Source: Tagaea sp. (lineage in GTDB: Bacteria; Pseudomonadota; Alphaproteobacteria; CACIAM-22H2). Taken from it: a stretch of 64,000 nt of DNA. Both the position numbers and the translations under genes were made by a program. Every line of letters begins with the position of its first letter. Positions within the stretch are counted from its first letter, which is position 1. This document shows, one piece after another, positions 18,872-28,480 of the stretch. The stretch is taken from NCBI GenBank assembly GCA_965279525.1, contig CBDIIB010000003.1:256001-320000 (forward strand), in the 5' to 3' direction. The notes beneath the pieces were generated by a model that saw nothing but the letters and a program-made list of their open reading frames with translations, was not told the DNA's origin and did not search any database.

Positions 18872-19180
18872 CTAGTTCCTGGCGGCTTCGCCGTAGAGGA
18901 CCGTCGGGCCGTCGGCGCGGATGCGCTCGCGCAGGCGCGTGGGTGCCGGCCGGTTGCCGGTCATCGTGATCTCGACGAGCACGGGTTCGACGACAAGGCA
19001 CGAATCGTGGTCGGCGCGGGCGCTTGCGAGCAGGGCCTCCGCCGCTTCCTGCGTCACGACGATGTCGGCGCCCATGACGTCCTCGCTCCAGCGCCCGTCC
19101 GGGCGCCGGAAGACGACCGCACCGGTCCGAAGATCGTTCGCCGTGACCGCCAGCGCGCCGCTCGCCTGTGCCTTTGCCAT
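18872..19180 (-). CDS. DUF2849 domain protein
   Basis: TANDLRTGAVVF, RERIRADGPTV; directly upstream of cysI as usual in alphaproteobacteria. Confidence 0.85.
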   Translation of the reverse strand: MAKAQASGALAVTANDLRTGAVVFRRPDGRWSEDVMGADIVVTQEAAEALLASARADHDSCLVVEPVLVEITMTGNRPAPTRLRERIRADGPTVLYGEAARN

Positions 19181-19278
19181 GAACCGCTTCCCGTTGGATG
19201 GAAGCCTACCCTGCAAGCGCGGTGCCCGGCCTTCAATCCAGAACTTCTTGGGGCGGTCTTTAGATTTTCTGTGCCCGG

Positions 19279-19737
19279 CTAGCCCGGCGCTTCGCCGAAG
19301 ACGACGCCCTTTCGGAACAGGAAGCAGCCATAGCCGCGCGGATCGCCGACCTGGACGATCGCATAGGCGGCCCTGGCTGCGTCGTAGAACGCGAAGCGCT
19401 CGATCCCGACGAGTTCGATCCGGCGGCCCGCCGCACGGTCGATCTCGGCTTGCACCGATTTCTGCACGTCGGGTACTGCCGCCGGATCGCCGACAACCTG
19501 CATGCGCCGGACCGGGTCGGTCGTGAAATCGTCGATCGGCAGGACGCTCAGGATCGCGCGCGCGGCCCGCGCCATCGAGATGCCGGGGAGCTCGATCAGC
19601 ATGCCGCTTGTCGTCGCGCGCGCGATGGCGGCAGCCGGATGGTTCGCGTCGACGAGCGCCACGTCGTCGCCATGCCCCATCGCGGCAAGGCAGTGCAGCA
19701 GGTCGGGCGTGAGGATCGGATCGATTCCCTTGAGCAT
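19279..19737 (-). CDS. RbsD/FucU family sugar mutarotase
   Basis: MLKGIDPILTPDLL, MGHGDD, DANHP, ERFAFY, YGCFLFRKGV. Confidence 0.9.
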   Translation of the reverse strand: MLKGIDPILTPDLLHCLAAMGHGDDVALVDANHPAAAIARATTSGMLIELPGISMARAARAILSVLPIDDFTTDPVRRMQVVGDPAAVPDVQKSVQAEIDRAAGRRIELVGIERFAFYDAARAAYAIVQVGDPRGYGCFLFRKGVVFGEAPG

Positions 19738-19743
19738 GGCTGT

Positions 19744-20580
19744 CTAGCGCCCCCGTCCGGAAAGATAGATGCGGCCCGCGTTGCCGCCGAAGATCGCGTC
19801 CCTTTCGGCTTGCGCGAGGCGGGACGTAAGGTCCATCGCCGCCGCGAACCACCGGTCATAGCCGCCGGCAAGATCGACGACCGGCCAGTCGCTGCCCCAC
19901 AGCAGCCGGTGGGGACCGAACGCGGCAAGCAGATGTTCGACGTAAGGGGCGAGATCGTCCGCCTTCCAGCCTTGCGCCGCTTCCGTCGCCAGACCCGAAA
20001 GCTTGCACACGATGCCCGGGCGCGCGGCAAGTGCGGCAATGTCGGCACGCCACGGTTCGAGCTTGCCCTCGCGGATGAAAGGCTTGGCGCCGTGGTCGAC
20101 GACGATCCGCAGCTCCGGATACCTGTCGGCGAAGACTAGCAGGCGGGAAAGATGACGCGGCCGCACGAGCGCGTCGAACACGAGCCCGGCGGATGCCGTC
20201 GCGCGAAGGGCCGGTGCCAGGTCGGCGCGCAGCAGCCAGTCGTCGTCGGCGATGTCGTGGACCATCGGGCGCAGGCCGACAAGCAGCGGATCGCGCGCGA
20301 GATCCGCGATGCGCGCCGGCGCATCGCCCGCCTGGAAATCGACCCAGCCGACGACGCCGGCCACGCTCGGGTCGGCGGCGGCGATCTCCAGCATGTACAG
20401 CGTCTCGGCGATCGTGGGTGCCGCCTGGACGATGATCGTCCGGTCGATCGCGTTGCGCGCGCGGATCGGCGCCAGGTCGGCCGGCCCGAAGTCGCGGTAG
20501 ATCGGCCCCTTGTCCGGCGTCAGCCAGCCATAGTCGCCGCGCGACAGCTTCCAGAAATGCTGGTGGGAGTCGATGCGCAT
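19744..20580 (-). CDS. Amidohydrolase-family sugar lactonase (L-fuconolactonase-like)
   Basis: IDSHQHFW, VVDHGAKP, CKLSGL, WGSDWPV. Confidence 0.85.
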   Translation of the reverse strand: MRIDSHQHFWKLSRGDYGWLTPDKGPIYRDFGPADLAPIRARNAIDRTIIVQAAPTIAETLYMLEIAAADPSVAGVVGWVDFQAGDAPARIADLARDPLLVGLRPMVHDIADDDWLLRADLAPALRATASAGLVFDALVRPRHLSRLLVFADRYPELRIVVDHGAKPFIREGKLEPWRADIAALAARPGIVCKLSGLATEAAQGWKADDLAPYVEHLLAAFGPHRLLWGSDWPVVDLAGGYDRWFAAAMDLTSRLAQAERDAIFGGNAGRIYLSGRGR

Positions 20581-20585
20581 CGTCG

Positions 20586-21599
20586 CTACGCCGGCACGGG
20601 TGCGTCGGCGGCGAGCAGGCCCGCGGATTTCAGTTCCTGCCAGAGTGCGCCGGGCAGCGGGCGCGTCAACGCATGGCACTGCTCGGCGACTTCGCCCGGC
20701 GTGACCGCACCCAGCACGACCGAACTGACGGCCGGATGGGCAAGCGAGAACTGGAGGGCCGCTTCGTAGAGCCGCACGCCGTGCCGGCCGCAGACGGCTT
20801 CGATCGCGGCCACCTTCGCGAGGATCTCGGGCGGTGCGGGCTTGTAATTGTACTTCGCACCTGCGACCGGGCCGGTCGCGAGAATTCCGGAGTTGAAAAC
20901 ACCACCGAGCATCACGCCGATGCGCTTTTCCAGCGCGACGGGCAGGAACTCCGCGGCAGCCGGCTGTTCGAGCAGCGAATAGCGTCCGGCCAGCAGGACA
21001 GCGTCGATGTCGCCCGCGCGCGCGAAGCGCAGGCACATGTCGGCTTCGTTGACGCCCACGCCGATGGCACGCACGGTGCCGGCGCGCCGCAGCGTGTCGA
21101 GCGCGCGATAGGCGCCTTCCATCGCTTCGCCGAAACGGCGGTCGATCGCGTCTTTGCCGTGCGTCCAGACATCGACGTCGTGGATCAGCGCGATGTCGAT
21201 CTTGTCCACGCCGAGGCGCAGCATCGACTGTTCGAGCGAACGCATCGCGCCATCGTAGGAATAGTCGAACCGCGCGGCATGCCGGAGGCCGCCGACATAG
21301 CCCGATCCGTCGCCGGGCGGCCCAAGCGGGTCCATGACCCGACCGATCTTGGTCGAGACCGCGATGCCGGGCACATTCGCGCGCCGCAGCGCCGATCCGA
21401 CCCGGAGCTCCGACATCCCGTGGCCGTAAAGAGGAGACGTGTCGATCAGCGTGACGCCCCGGGCGATGGCCGCTTCGACGGCCGACACGGCGGTGGCTTC
21501 GTCGAGCCGCGCATAAAGATCGCCCAACGGTGCCGCCCCGAATCCGAGAACCGACACGTCGAGGGCAACGCGCCCGAGGGGGCGTCGTGCGAGCGTCAT
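20586..21599 (-). CDS. Aldo/keto reductase (D-threo-aldose/L-fucose 1-dehydrogenase-like)
   Basis: GAAPLGDLY, DTSPLYGHG, STKIGR, FDYSYDG, IHD, LAGRYSLLEQ, GGVFNSGILA. Confidence 0.85.
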   Translation of the reverse strand: MTLARRPLGRVALDVSVLGFGAAPLGDLYARLDEATAVSAVEAAIARGVTLIDTSPLYGHGMSELRVGSALRRANVPGIAVSTKIGRVMDPLGPPGDGSGYVGGLRHAARFDYSYDGAMRSLEQSMLRLGVDKIDIALIHDVDVWTHGKDAIDRRFGEAMEGAYRALDTLRRAGTVRAIGVGVNEADMCLRFARAGDIDAVLLAGRYSLLEQPAAAEFLPVALEKRIGVMLGGVFNSGILATGPVAGAKYNYKPAPPEILAKVAAIEAVCGRHGVRLYEAALQFSLAHPAVSSVVLGAVTPGEVAEQCHALTRPLPGALWQELKSAGLLAADAPVPA

Positions 21600-21629
21600 C
21601 TGGCGTTTCTCCCGACGATTTTGAAACAG

Positions 21630-21643
21630 ACTAACATGTCAGT
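21630..21643. promoter_or_regulatory. Near-palindromic GntR/FadR-type operator ACTAACATGTCAGT
   Basis: In the divergent gap between the AKR and DHDPS-family operons; resembles the boxes at 34078 and 34924. Confidence 0.6.
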
Positions 21644-21708
21644 ATTGACTCATCGGTTCCGGGCGGTCAACTTACGCCCATAAAAGCGTCCTCGAGGGGG
21701 AAACCGAA

Positions 21709-22605
21709 ATGTCGACCAAAGCCGATCGCATCGGACTGAGCTGCGCGCTATCGACGCCATTCACCGCCGACGGGCATATCGACCTGCCGCGCATCGTCGC
21801 GCACGGGCGCTGGGTGCTCGAGAACGGCGGCGACGGTCTGGCCGTGTTCGGCACGACGGGCGAGGGCGCTTCGATCGGCTTGCGCGAACGTCACTACGTG
21901 CTGGGCGCGTTCGCGGCCGCCGGCTTCGACATGAAGAAGAAGATCATCGCGGGCGTGACCGCCTCGACGATCGAAGATGCCGTCGAGCAGGCGCGCGCGG
22001 GATATGCCGCAGGTTGCCGCGGCCTGCTGATGACCCCGTCGTTCTATTTCCCGAACACGTCCGAAGAGGGCGTTTTCCGCTGGTTCGCGTCCGTGTTCGA
22101 AGCGCTGGGCGGCGAGCTTCGCGACGTGCTGCTCTATCACATCCCCAGCATGACCCGGTCGGTCATGACGCCCGACCTGATGGGCCGCCTGCGCGAGAAG
22201 TTCCCGGGCGCCATCCTCGGCATCAAGGACAGCAGCGGCGACTGGAATTCGAGCAAGGGTTTCCTCGACCGTCACAAGGACCTGCAGATCCTCGTCGGCG
22301 ACGAGCGCCAGCTTGCGCGCGCCGTTCAGAACGGCGGCAGCGGCACGATCTGCGGCCTAGCGAACCTGCGGCCCGACGTCCTTCGGCCGGCCGCGTGGGA
22401 CGGCAAGGACGACCCGAAGATCGGCGCACTCGTCGCCGCGATCATCGCCGACCCGTTCATGTCGGCCGTCAAGGCACTGATCGCGCACCGCACGGGCGAC
22501 AAGGCCTGGCTGCGCATGCGCCCTCCGCTGGAAGCACTGGACGACGCGAAGGCACGCGCCCTCGTCGAGCGGTTCGAAGCCGCTGCCGCTGCCAAGGCCG
22601 CCTGA
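21709..22605 (+). CDS. DHDPS/NAL family aldolase or dehydratase
   Basis: GTTGEG, LYHIP, GIKDSSG (Schiff-base Lys); GAGGGGG RBS. Confidence 0.88.
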   Translation: MSTKADRIGLSCALSTPFTADGHIDLPRIVAHGRWVLENGGDGLAVFGTTGEGASIGLRERHYVLGAFAAAGFDMKKKIIAGVTASTIEDAVEQARAGYAAGCRGLLMTPSFYFPNTSEEGVFRWFASVFEALGGELRDVLLYHIPSMTRSVMTPDLMGRLREKFPGAILGIKDSSGDWNSSKGFLDRHKDLQILVGDERQLARAVQNGGSGTICGLANLRPDVLRPAAWDGKDDPKIGALVAAIIADPFMSAVKALIAHRTGDKAWLRMRPPLEALDDAKARALVERFEAAAAAKAA

Positions 22606-22610
22606 GGCCG

Positions 22611-23273
22611 ATGGCGGAGTCAGGTACAGAAACCCCGAAGCTGCGCGAGCGCGCCTACGACGCGTTCACGCAGAGCCTGCTGTCGCGCGAGATCATGCCG
22701 GGACAGTTCGTCTCGCAGCGCGAACTCGTCGAGATAACCGGCCTGCCGCTCGGCGCCATCCGCGAACTGGTGCCGCGGCTGGAAGCGGAGGGGCTGATCG
22801 TGACGGTGCCGCAGCGCGGCATGCAGGTGGCGCATGTCGATCTCAGCCTGATCCGCAACGCCTTCCAATTCCGCCTGATGCTGGAACGCGAAGCGGTGGC
22901 CACGTTCGTGCGCGAAGCACCCGACGGCGCCATCGGCCGCCTGCGCGAGGCGCATGAGCGCGTCCTCAAGGATGCCGAACGGCGCATCACGCCCGACGTG
23001 ATCCGCCGCGCCCAGCTCACCGACTGGGACCTGCACGACACGATCGTCGACTCGCTCGGCAACGAGATCGTGTCGAGTGCCTACAAGGTCAATTCGATCA
23101 AGATCCGCCTGATCCGGCAGGCAGAAGTCCGCCTCGACCCCACGCGGGTCGAGTCCGTGATGCGCGAGCATCTGGGCATCGTCGAGCGCATGGAGCAGCG
23201 CGACGTGGCCGGGTCGCAGGCGGCACTGGCGGCCCACATTCTCGACGCGCGGAACCGCGCGATGGGGGTATAG
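22611..23273 (+). CDS. GntR family (FCD) transcriptional regulator
   Basis: wHTH SQRELVEITG...IRELVPRLEAEGLIVTVPQRG; FCD DWDLH, EHLGIVE. Confidence 0.9.
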   Translation: MAESGTETPKLRERAYDAFTQSLLSREIMPGQFVSQRELVEITGLPLGAIRELVPRLEAEGLIVTVPQRGMQVAHVDLSLIRNAFQFRLMLEREAVATFVREAPDGAIGRLREAHERVLKDAERRITPDVIRRAQLTDWDLHDTIVDSLGNEIVSSAYKVNSIKIRLIRQAEVRLDPTRVESVMREHLGIVERMEQRDVAGSQAALAAHILDARNRAMGV

Positions 23274-23347
23274 TCGGGAGAAGAAGAGTTCGATAACGCG
23301 GGCGAATGTCCGCAAACAAAAAGAATGCAACAGAGGGAGAGAACGAA

Positions 23348-24688
23348 ATGAAGCCGATATCCATTTCCCGCCGCGGTCTCGTCAAGGCGGCGGCACTCGG
23401 GACGCTCGCCGCCCCGATGCTCAACATCAAGTCGCTCTACGCGCAGACCGGCGCGTTCAACTGGAAGAAGTTCTCCGGCCAGAGCATCGAGGTGTCGCTC
23501 ACGCTCAGCCCGCGCGGCGAGCTCCTGCGCCGCCACGAAAGGGAGTTCACCGAACTGACCGGCATCAAGGTCGGCTCGGAAATGGTGCCCGAGCAGCAGC
23601 ATCGCCAGCAGGCCGTGATCCAGTTCAACTCCGGCAATCCGCAGTTCGACGTCATCACGATCTCGTGGCACGTCCAGAAGCGCCTGTTCGGCAAGTCGAA
23701 GTGGCTTGTCGACATGAAGCCGCTTCTCGCCGACCGCGCGCTGACGGCGCCGGAATACGACTTCTCGGACTTCACGGCCGGCGGCCTGCGCTGGGCCGTG
23801 CAGGGCGACGGCCGCATGGACACGCTGCCGCTCAACATCGATCCGTGGATGATCTACTGGAACAAGGAGCTCTTCGCCGCGAAGGGTCTCGCGTTCCCGA
23901 AGACGTTCGAGGAAATCCTGATGGCAGCCGAGAAGCTGACCGACAAGGCGTCGGGACAGTACGGCTGGGTGTCGCGCGGCCTCAAGAACGCCAACGTGCC
24001 GGTATGGACGAGCTTCATGATCGGCCACGACATGGATCCGGTGAACCCGAAGACGGTCCAGCTCCAGACGACGACGGCCGAAGCGGTCGCGGCGGCGGAA
24101 TACTACAAGAAGCTCAACAAGGACTTCGCCCCCCCGGGCACGGTCGGCTTCAACTGGAACGAATCCCAGACGTCGTTCAGCCAGGGCAAGATCGGCATGT
24201 GGCTCGACGGCATCGGCTTCGCGCCGCCGCTCGAGGATCCGACCAAGTCGCGCGTCGTCGGCAAGGTCGGCTACGGCATCATGCCCGCCGGCCCGAAGGC
24301 CCGCCACTCGGCGACCTTCGGCGACGGCATCGGCATCCCGGTCGCGAGCAAGAAGCGGGAAGCCGCGTATCTCTACACCCAGTGGGCGACGAGCAAGCAG
24401 ATGTGCGCGCGTCTCCTGCAGTCGGGCGGCGGTTCGCCGTGCCGCGGCTCTTCGTACACCGACAAGGACGTCATCGCCGGTCTCAAGCTGCCGCGCGAGT
24501 GGCTGACCTGCCTGCAGGAATCGACGGCCATCGGCCGCCCGGGCCTGCCGGAGATCGCGCCCGTGACCGAGTTCCGCGACGTGTTCGGCGTCGGTCTCAC
24601 CAACACGATCGGCGGGGCGGATGCCCGCGCCGAACTCGTGAAGGCGACCGAGGCGTTCGCGCCGGTCCTCCAGAAGTCGGAAGCATGA
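23348..24688 (+). CDS. Carbohydrate ABC transporter substrate-binding protein (Tat signal)
   Basis: SRRGLVK Tat motif, FNWKKFSGQSI, IYWNKELF, precedes two CUT1 permeases. Confidence 0.88.
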   Translation: MKPISISRRGLVKAAALGTLAAPMLNIKSLYAQTGAFNWKKFSGQSIEVSLTLSPRGELLRRHEREFTELTGIKVGSEMVPEQQHRQQAVIQFNSGNPQFDVITISWHVQKRLFGKSKWLVDMKPLLADRALTAPEYDFSDFTAGGLRWAVQGDGRMDTLPLNIDPWMIYWNKELFAAKGLAFPKTFEEILMAAEKLTDKASGQYGWVSRGLKNANVPVWTSFMIGHDMDPVNPKTVQLQTTTAEAVAAAEYYKKLNKDFAPPGTVGFNWNESQTSFSQGKIGMWLDGIGFAPPLEDPTKSRVVGKVGYGIMPAGPKARHSATFGDGIGIPVASKKREAAYLYTQWATSKQMCARLLQSGGGSPCRGSSYTDKDVIAGLKLPREWLTCLQESTAIGRPGLPEIAPVTEFRDVFGVGLTNTIGGADARAELVKATEAFAPVLQKSEA

Positions 24689-24721
24689 CGAACGGCCTGC
24701 ATCTCGCAGGCACGACCGGCA

Positions 24722-24750
24722 CTCCCTTCCCCGCGTCGCGGGGAAGGGAG
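24722..24750. repeat. 13 bp perfect stem-loop after SBP gene (REP/RIME-like palindrome)
   Basis: CTCCCTTCCCCGC-GTC-GCGGGGAAGGGAG. Confidence 0.75.
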
Positions 24751-24767
24751 CTGCGGGCGATTTGCGC

Positions 24768-25688
24768 ATGAGCGATGAATCGATTGAGCGGGGCGCTGTT
24801 CCGGGCGAGATGCTCGCGTCGCGCGGGCGGGGATTCGGGCACCGCTATCTTCCGTTCGCCTATCCGGCCCTGGTGATCACGGCGGCGGTCATCGTCTTCC
24901 CGTGGGTCTTCACCATCTACATGAGCATGCACGACTGGAAGATCGGCCAGGAGCGCGAGTTTGTCGGCCTTGCGAACTTCGCCCGGCTCGCCAAGGACGC
25001 GCGGTTCATCGAATCCGTCGGCCACACGCTCTATTTCACGGCACTTGCCGTTGTGCTGCCGCTGGTGTTCGGCACGGCCGCGGCCCTGATTTTCAACGAG
25101 CGGTTCCCGCTGCGCGGACTGTTCCGCGCGATCTTCATCCTGCCGATGATGGCGACACCCGTGGCGGTGGCGCTGGTATGGACGATGATGTTCCACCCCC
25201 AGCTCGGCGTGCTCAACTACCTGCTTTCCACCGTCGGCCTGCCGCCGCAGCTCTGGGTCTATTCGCCCCAGACCGTCATCCCGAGCCTCGTGATGGTCGA
25301 GGTGTGGCACTGGACGCCGCTCGTGATGCTGATCGTGCTCGGCGGTCTCGCGGCCGCACCGACCGAGCCCTACGATTCCGCCAAGATCGACGGCGCCAAC
25401 GGCTGGCAGATCTTCCGGCACATCACGCTGCCGCTGATCATGCCGTTCCTGCTGGTCGCGGCCGTCATCCGAACGATCGACGCGCTCAAGGCCTTCGACA
25501 CGATCTTCGTGATCACCGGCGGCGGGCCCGGCACCGCATCGGAGACGATCAACATCTTCCTCTATCTGCAGGCGTTCTCCTTCTACAATATCGGCTATGC
25601 CTCGGCGATGACGATCGTGTTCTTCGTCATCATCGTGGCGCTCGCGATCGTGCTTCTCTGGCTGCGGCAGAAGGCGAAATGGTCGTGA
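24768..25688 (+). CDS. Carbohydrate ABC transporter permease 1
   Basis: FVGLANF, ILPMMATPV, EAA-like loop YDSAKIDGA, TGGGPG. Confidence 0.9.
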   Translation: MSDESIERGAVPGEMLASRGRGFGHRYLPFAYPALVITAAVIVFPWVFTIYMSMHDWKIGQEREFVGLANFARLAKDARFIESVGHTLYFTALAVVLPLVFGTAAALIFNERFPLRGLFRAIFILPMMATPVAVALVWTMMFHPQLGVLNYLLSTVGLPPQLWVYSPQTVIPSLVMVEVWHWTPLVMLIVLGGLAAAPTEPYDSAKIDGANGWQIFRHITLPLIMPFLLVAAVIRTIDALKAFDTIFVITGGGPGTASETINIFLYLQAFSFYNIGYASAMTIVFFVIIVALAIVLLWLRQKAKWS

Positions 25689-26515
25689 GCCGTTCGCTGC
25701 GCCGCTTCGGCAGGAAGCTCGCCTTCGGCTTCGCCGTGTTCGTGATCGTCTCGCCGGCGATCCTCGTGATCTTGTGGATGCTGTCGCTCGCCCTCAAGAA
25801 CGAGGTCGACAACATGGCCTATCCGCCGGTGTTCATCCCGAGCACGTTCACGCTCCAGAACTTCTTCGACGTCATCGAGCGCAACCGCCTCGACACCTAC
25901 TTCGTCAACAGCGTCCTCGTCTCGGGGTTCGCCACGCTGGTGGCGATCGCCGTGGGCGTGCCCGCGGCCTACGGCATCGCCAAGGCGCAGGCGCACAAGC
26001 TGGCCGTGCTGACGCTGATCGCCCGCATCACGCCCGCACTTTCATACCTCATCCCGCTCTACATCCTGTTCCAGTGGATCGGACTGACCGGCACGATCTG
26101 GCCCATCGCGATCACGCATCTGGTCATCACGCTGCCGATCTTCATCTACGTGATGATCGGCTTTTTCGAGAGCCTGCCCCAGGAGCTGGAAGAGGCCGCG
26201 CTGATCGACGGCTGCACGCTGTGGCAGGCCTTCCGCCACGTGGCGCTGCCGTTGGCGCGGCCGGGCATCGTGGTCGGCGCCATCCTGTCGATCATCTTCT
26301 CGTGGAACAACTTCGTCTTCGCCGCCGTCCTCGGCAGCCGCCAGACGCGAACGCTGCCGGTCGCCGTGTTCAACATGCTGACCTTCGAGCAGATCGCCTG
26401 GGGCCCGCTTGCCGCAGCGGCACTGCTCGTCACATTGCCGGTGCTGATCCTGACGCTCCTGATCCAGAAGGAAATCGTCGGCGGCCTGACGGCAGGCGGC
26501 GTCAAGGGCGGCTAG
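25685..26515 (+). CDS. Carbohydrate ABC transporter permease 2
   Basis: GTGA overlap; YFVNS, ELEEAALIDG, SWNNF, GLTAGGVKG. Confidence 0.9.
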   Translation: MSRSLRRFGRKLAFGFAVFVIVSPAILVILWMLSLALKNEVDNMAYPPVFIPSTFTLQNFFDVIERNRLDTYFVNSVLVSGFATLVAIAVGVPAAYGIAKAQAHKLAVLTLIARITPALSYLIPLYILFQWIGLTGTIWPIAITHLVITLPIFIYVMIGFFESLPQELEEAALIDGCTLWQAFRHVALPLARPGIVVGAILSIIFSWNNFVFAAVLGSRQTRTLPVAVFNMLTFEQIAWGPLAAAALLVTLPVLILTLLIQKEIVGGLTAGGVKGG

Positions 26516-26519
26516 CGAC

Positions 26520-27446
26520 ATGTCTGCCGCAGCGCGGTTTGCCGATCCGGAGTTCATGGCGCAGACCGTCGACGGTCGCGCCGTTCCTGCCCACCTGCTT
26601 GGCGACATGGCGGAAGGCGACATGCACGGGGATCTCGCCGCCCAGCTCGCGGCGCACGGATATCTGCTGCTGCGCGGCGTCCACGACGCCGGCGAAGTCG
26701 AGGCAGCCCGGCTCGAAGTCCTCCGGCGTCTGGGCGAGGTCGATGAGATCGCGGCCCCGCACGCGGATGCGATCGCCACGGGCCGGTCGCGCCGGGCCGA
26801 ACTGCATCCGGATCTCGGGGCGTTCTGGCGCTCGGTCAGCGACGGGCCGGCATTGCGCCGTGTCGTCAACGGTCCGCGTATCATGGCGCTTGCGGCCCGG
26901 CTTTTTGGCGAGCCGCCTGCGCATTTCGGGTTCGCCTGGCTGCGCGCGATGCCGGCCGGCCGCGCAAGCCCGCTGCATGTCGACCATCCGTACATGAACC
27001 GCGGCTCGCACCGGCTCGTGACCGTCTGGACGCCGCTTGGCCATGTCGGACGCGACGAGGGGCCGCTCTACGTCGTCGAGAATTCGCATCGCGATCCCGA
27101 TATCCGCAACCGTTTCGAAGGCCTCGACGTCGACCGCGATCCCTCGCGGCCCGGGCATTTCGACGCGCACCCGGCCGACATCGCGGCCGCGAAGGGTGCA
27201 CGCCTGCTGAGCGCGGCCTTCGCGCCGGGCGACTGCGTGATCTTCGGGATGTTCACCGCACACGCCGCCTTCGACAACGCGACGCGCACCGGGCGCGTGC
27301 GCCTGTCGTGCGATACCCGCTTCCAGCCGGCGGCCGAGCCGATGGACGAACGCTTCGCCGGCGCCGATCCGCCGGCACATGGCGGCAAGGGCTATGGCTG
27401 CCTGTCGGCGGCCCGGCCGATGAATGCGCCGATGCTGCGGCGCTGA
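26520..27446 (+). CDS. Phytanoyl-CoA dioxygenase (PhyH) family Fe(II)/2-oxoglutarate dioxygenase
   Basis: HGYLLLRG, LHVD (HxD), TVWTPLG, PGDCVIF, distal His TAH, RLSCDTR. Confidence 0.85.
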   Translation: MSAAARFADPEFMAQTVDGRAVPAHLLGDMAEGDMHGDLAAQLAAHGYLLLRGVHDAGEVEAARLEVLRRLGEVDEIAAPHADAIATGRSRRAELHPDLGAFWRSVSDGPALRRVVNGPRIMALAARLFGEPPAHFGFAWLRAMPAGRASPLHVDHPYMNRGSHRLVTVWTPLGHVGRDEGPLYVVENSHRDPDIRNRFEGLDVDRDPSRPGHFDAHPADIAAAKGARLLSAAFAPGDCVIFGMFTAHAAFDNATRTGRVRLSCDTRFQPAAEPMDERFAGADPPAHGGKGYGCLSAARPMNAPMLRR

Positions 27447-27487
27447 ACGAAATCAAGAACGCAAATCGCCAACCAAGGGGAAGAAAC

Positions 27488-28480
27488 ATGACGAAGATCT
27501 CACGACGGACGATCCTGGCCGCCACGGCCGCGACGGGCGCCCTGCTCGGCGCACCGACGATCCTGAAGGCGCAGGCGACCGCGATCCGCTGGGGCGAAAT
27601 GCTCGCCCCCTCGCATCCGCAGGTCCAGATGGTCGAGCGCGTCGCCAGGGAAGTGAAGGAGAAGACCTCCGGACGGATCGACATCCAGTCGTTCCCGAAC
27701 GGCCAGCTCGGTTCGGGCCGCGACATGATGGAAGCCGTCACGTCCGGCGCCCTCCAGATGACGACGGATGGGGCCGGCGCGATCGCGGCGTTGCTGCCGC
27801 AGCTCTCGGTCATCGAATCGCCCTATCTTTGGCGCGACGCCGCGCACATGGCGAAGAGCGCCACGTCGCCGCAGTTCGCGAAGATGAACGAGGACATGGT
27901 CTCTCGCCGCGGCATGCGGATGGTCGCCGTCACCTACTACGGCAAGCGCCACCTGACGACGGGCACCAAGGCAGTGCGTTCGGTCGGCGACATGGCCGGC
28001 TTCAAGCTGCGCGTTCCGCCGGTCGACGTCTTCCGCGCGATGGCCGAGGCGTGGGGTGCGCGCGCCACGCCGGTCAACTTCAACGAGCTCTATCTGGCGC
28101 TCAACCAGGGTGCCGTCGACGGGCAGGAAAACCCGCTGCCGACGATCCACAGCGGCAAGCTGTTCGAGGTGCAGAAGTTCCTCATCCTGACCGAGCACAT
28201 CATCACGCCGCGTCTCGTCATCGTGAACGAGGCGTTCTGGAAGGGGCTGCGTCCGGCGGACCGCGATATCGTGCAGGCCGCCCTTGCGTCGGCCGCCGCC
28301 TGGCAGGACAAGGAACTGCTCGGCCAGGAGGCGTCGCTCGTCGACACGCTCAAGGCCGCGGGCATGACGGTCATCACGCCCGACCTGGCGCAGTTCCGCG
28401 ATCCGGTGCTGGCCAAGGTGCCCGCGATGTTCGAGGAGCGTTGGGGCAAGGGCACGTTCGACGCGCTGCGTTCGCTCTGA
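27488..28480 (+). CDS. dctP: TRAP transporter substrate-binding protein (Tat signal)
   Basis: SRRTIL, FPNGQLG, KLRVP (carboxylate-binding Arg), ELYLALNQGAVDGQENP. Confidence 0.9.
   Translation: MTKISRRTILAATAATGALLGAPTILKAQATAIRWGEMLAPSHPQVQMVERVAREVKEKTSGRIDIQSFPNGQLGSGRDMMEAVTSGALQMTTDGAGAIAALLPQLSVIESPYLWRDAAHMAKSATSPQFAKMNEDMVSRRGMRMVAVTYYGKRHLTTGTKAVRSVGDMAGFKLRVPPVDVFRAMAEAWGARATPVNFNELYLALNQGAVDGQENPLPTIHSGKLFEVQKFLILTEHIITPRLVIVNEAFWKGLRPADRDIVQAALASAAAWQDKELLGQEASLVDTLKAAGMTVITPDLAQFRDPVLAKVPAMFEERWGKGTFDALRSL

Noticed and set aside
21709-22605. dapA (lysine biosynthesis) call for this or the 30838 gene
   Set aside because: Both sit in sugar-acid operons and lack DapA-specific motifs such as PYYN and YNVPGRT
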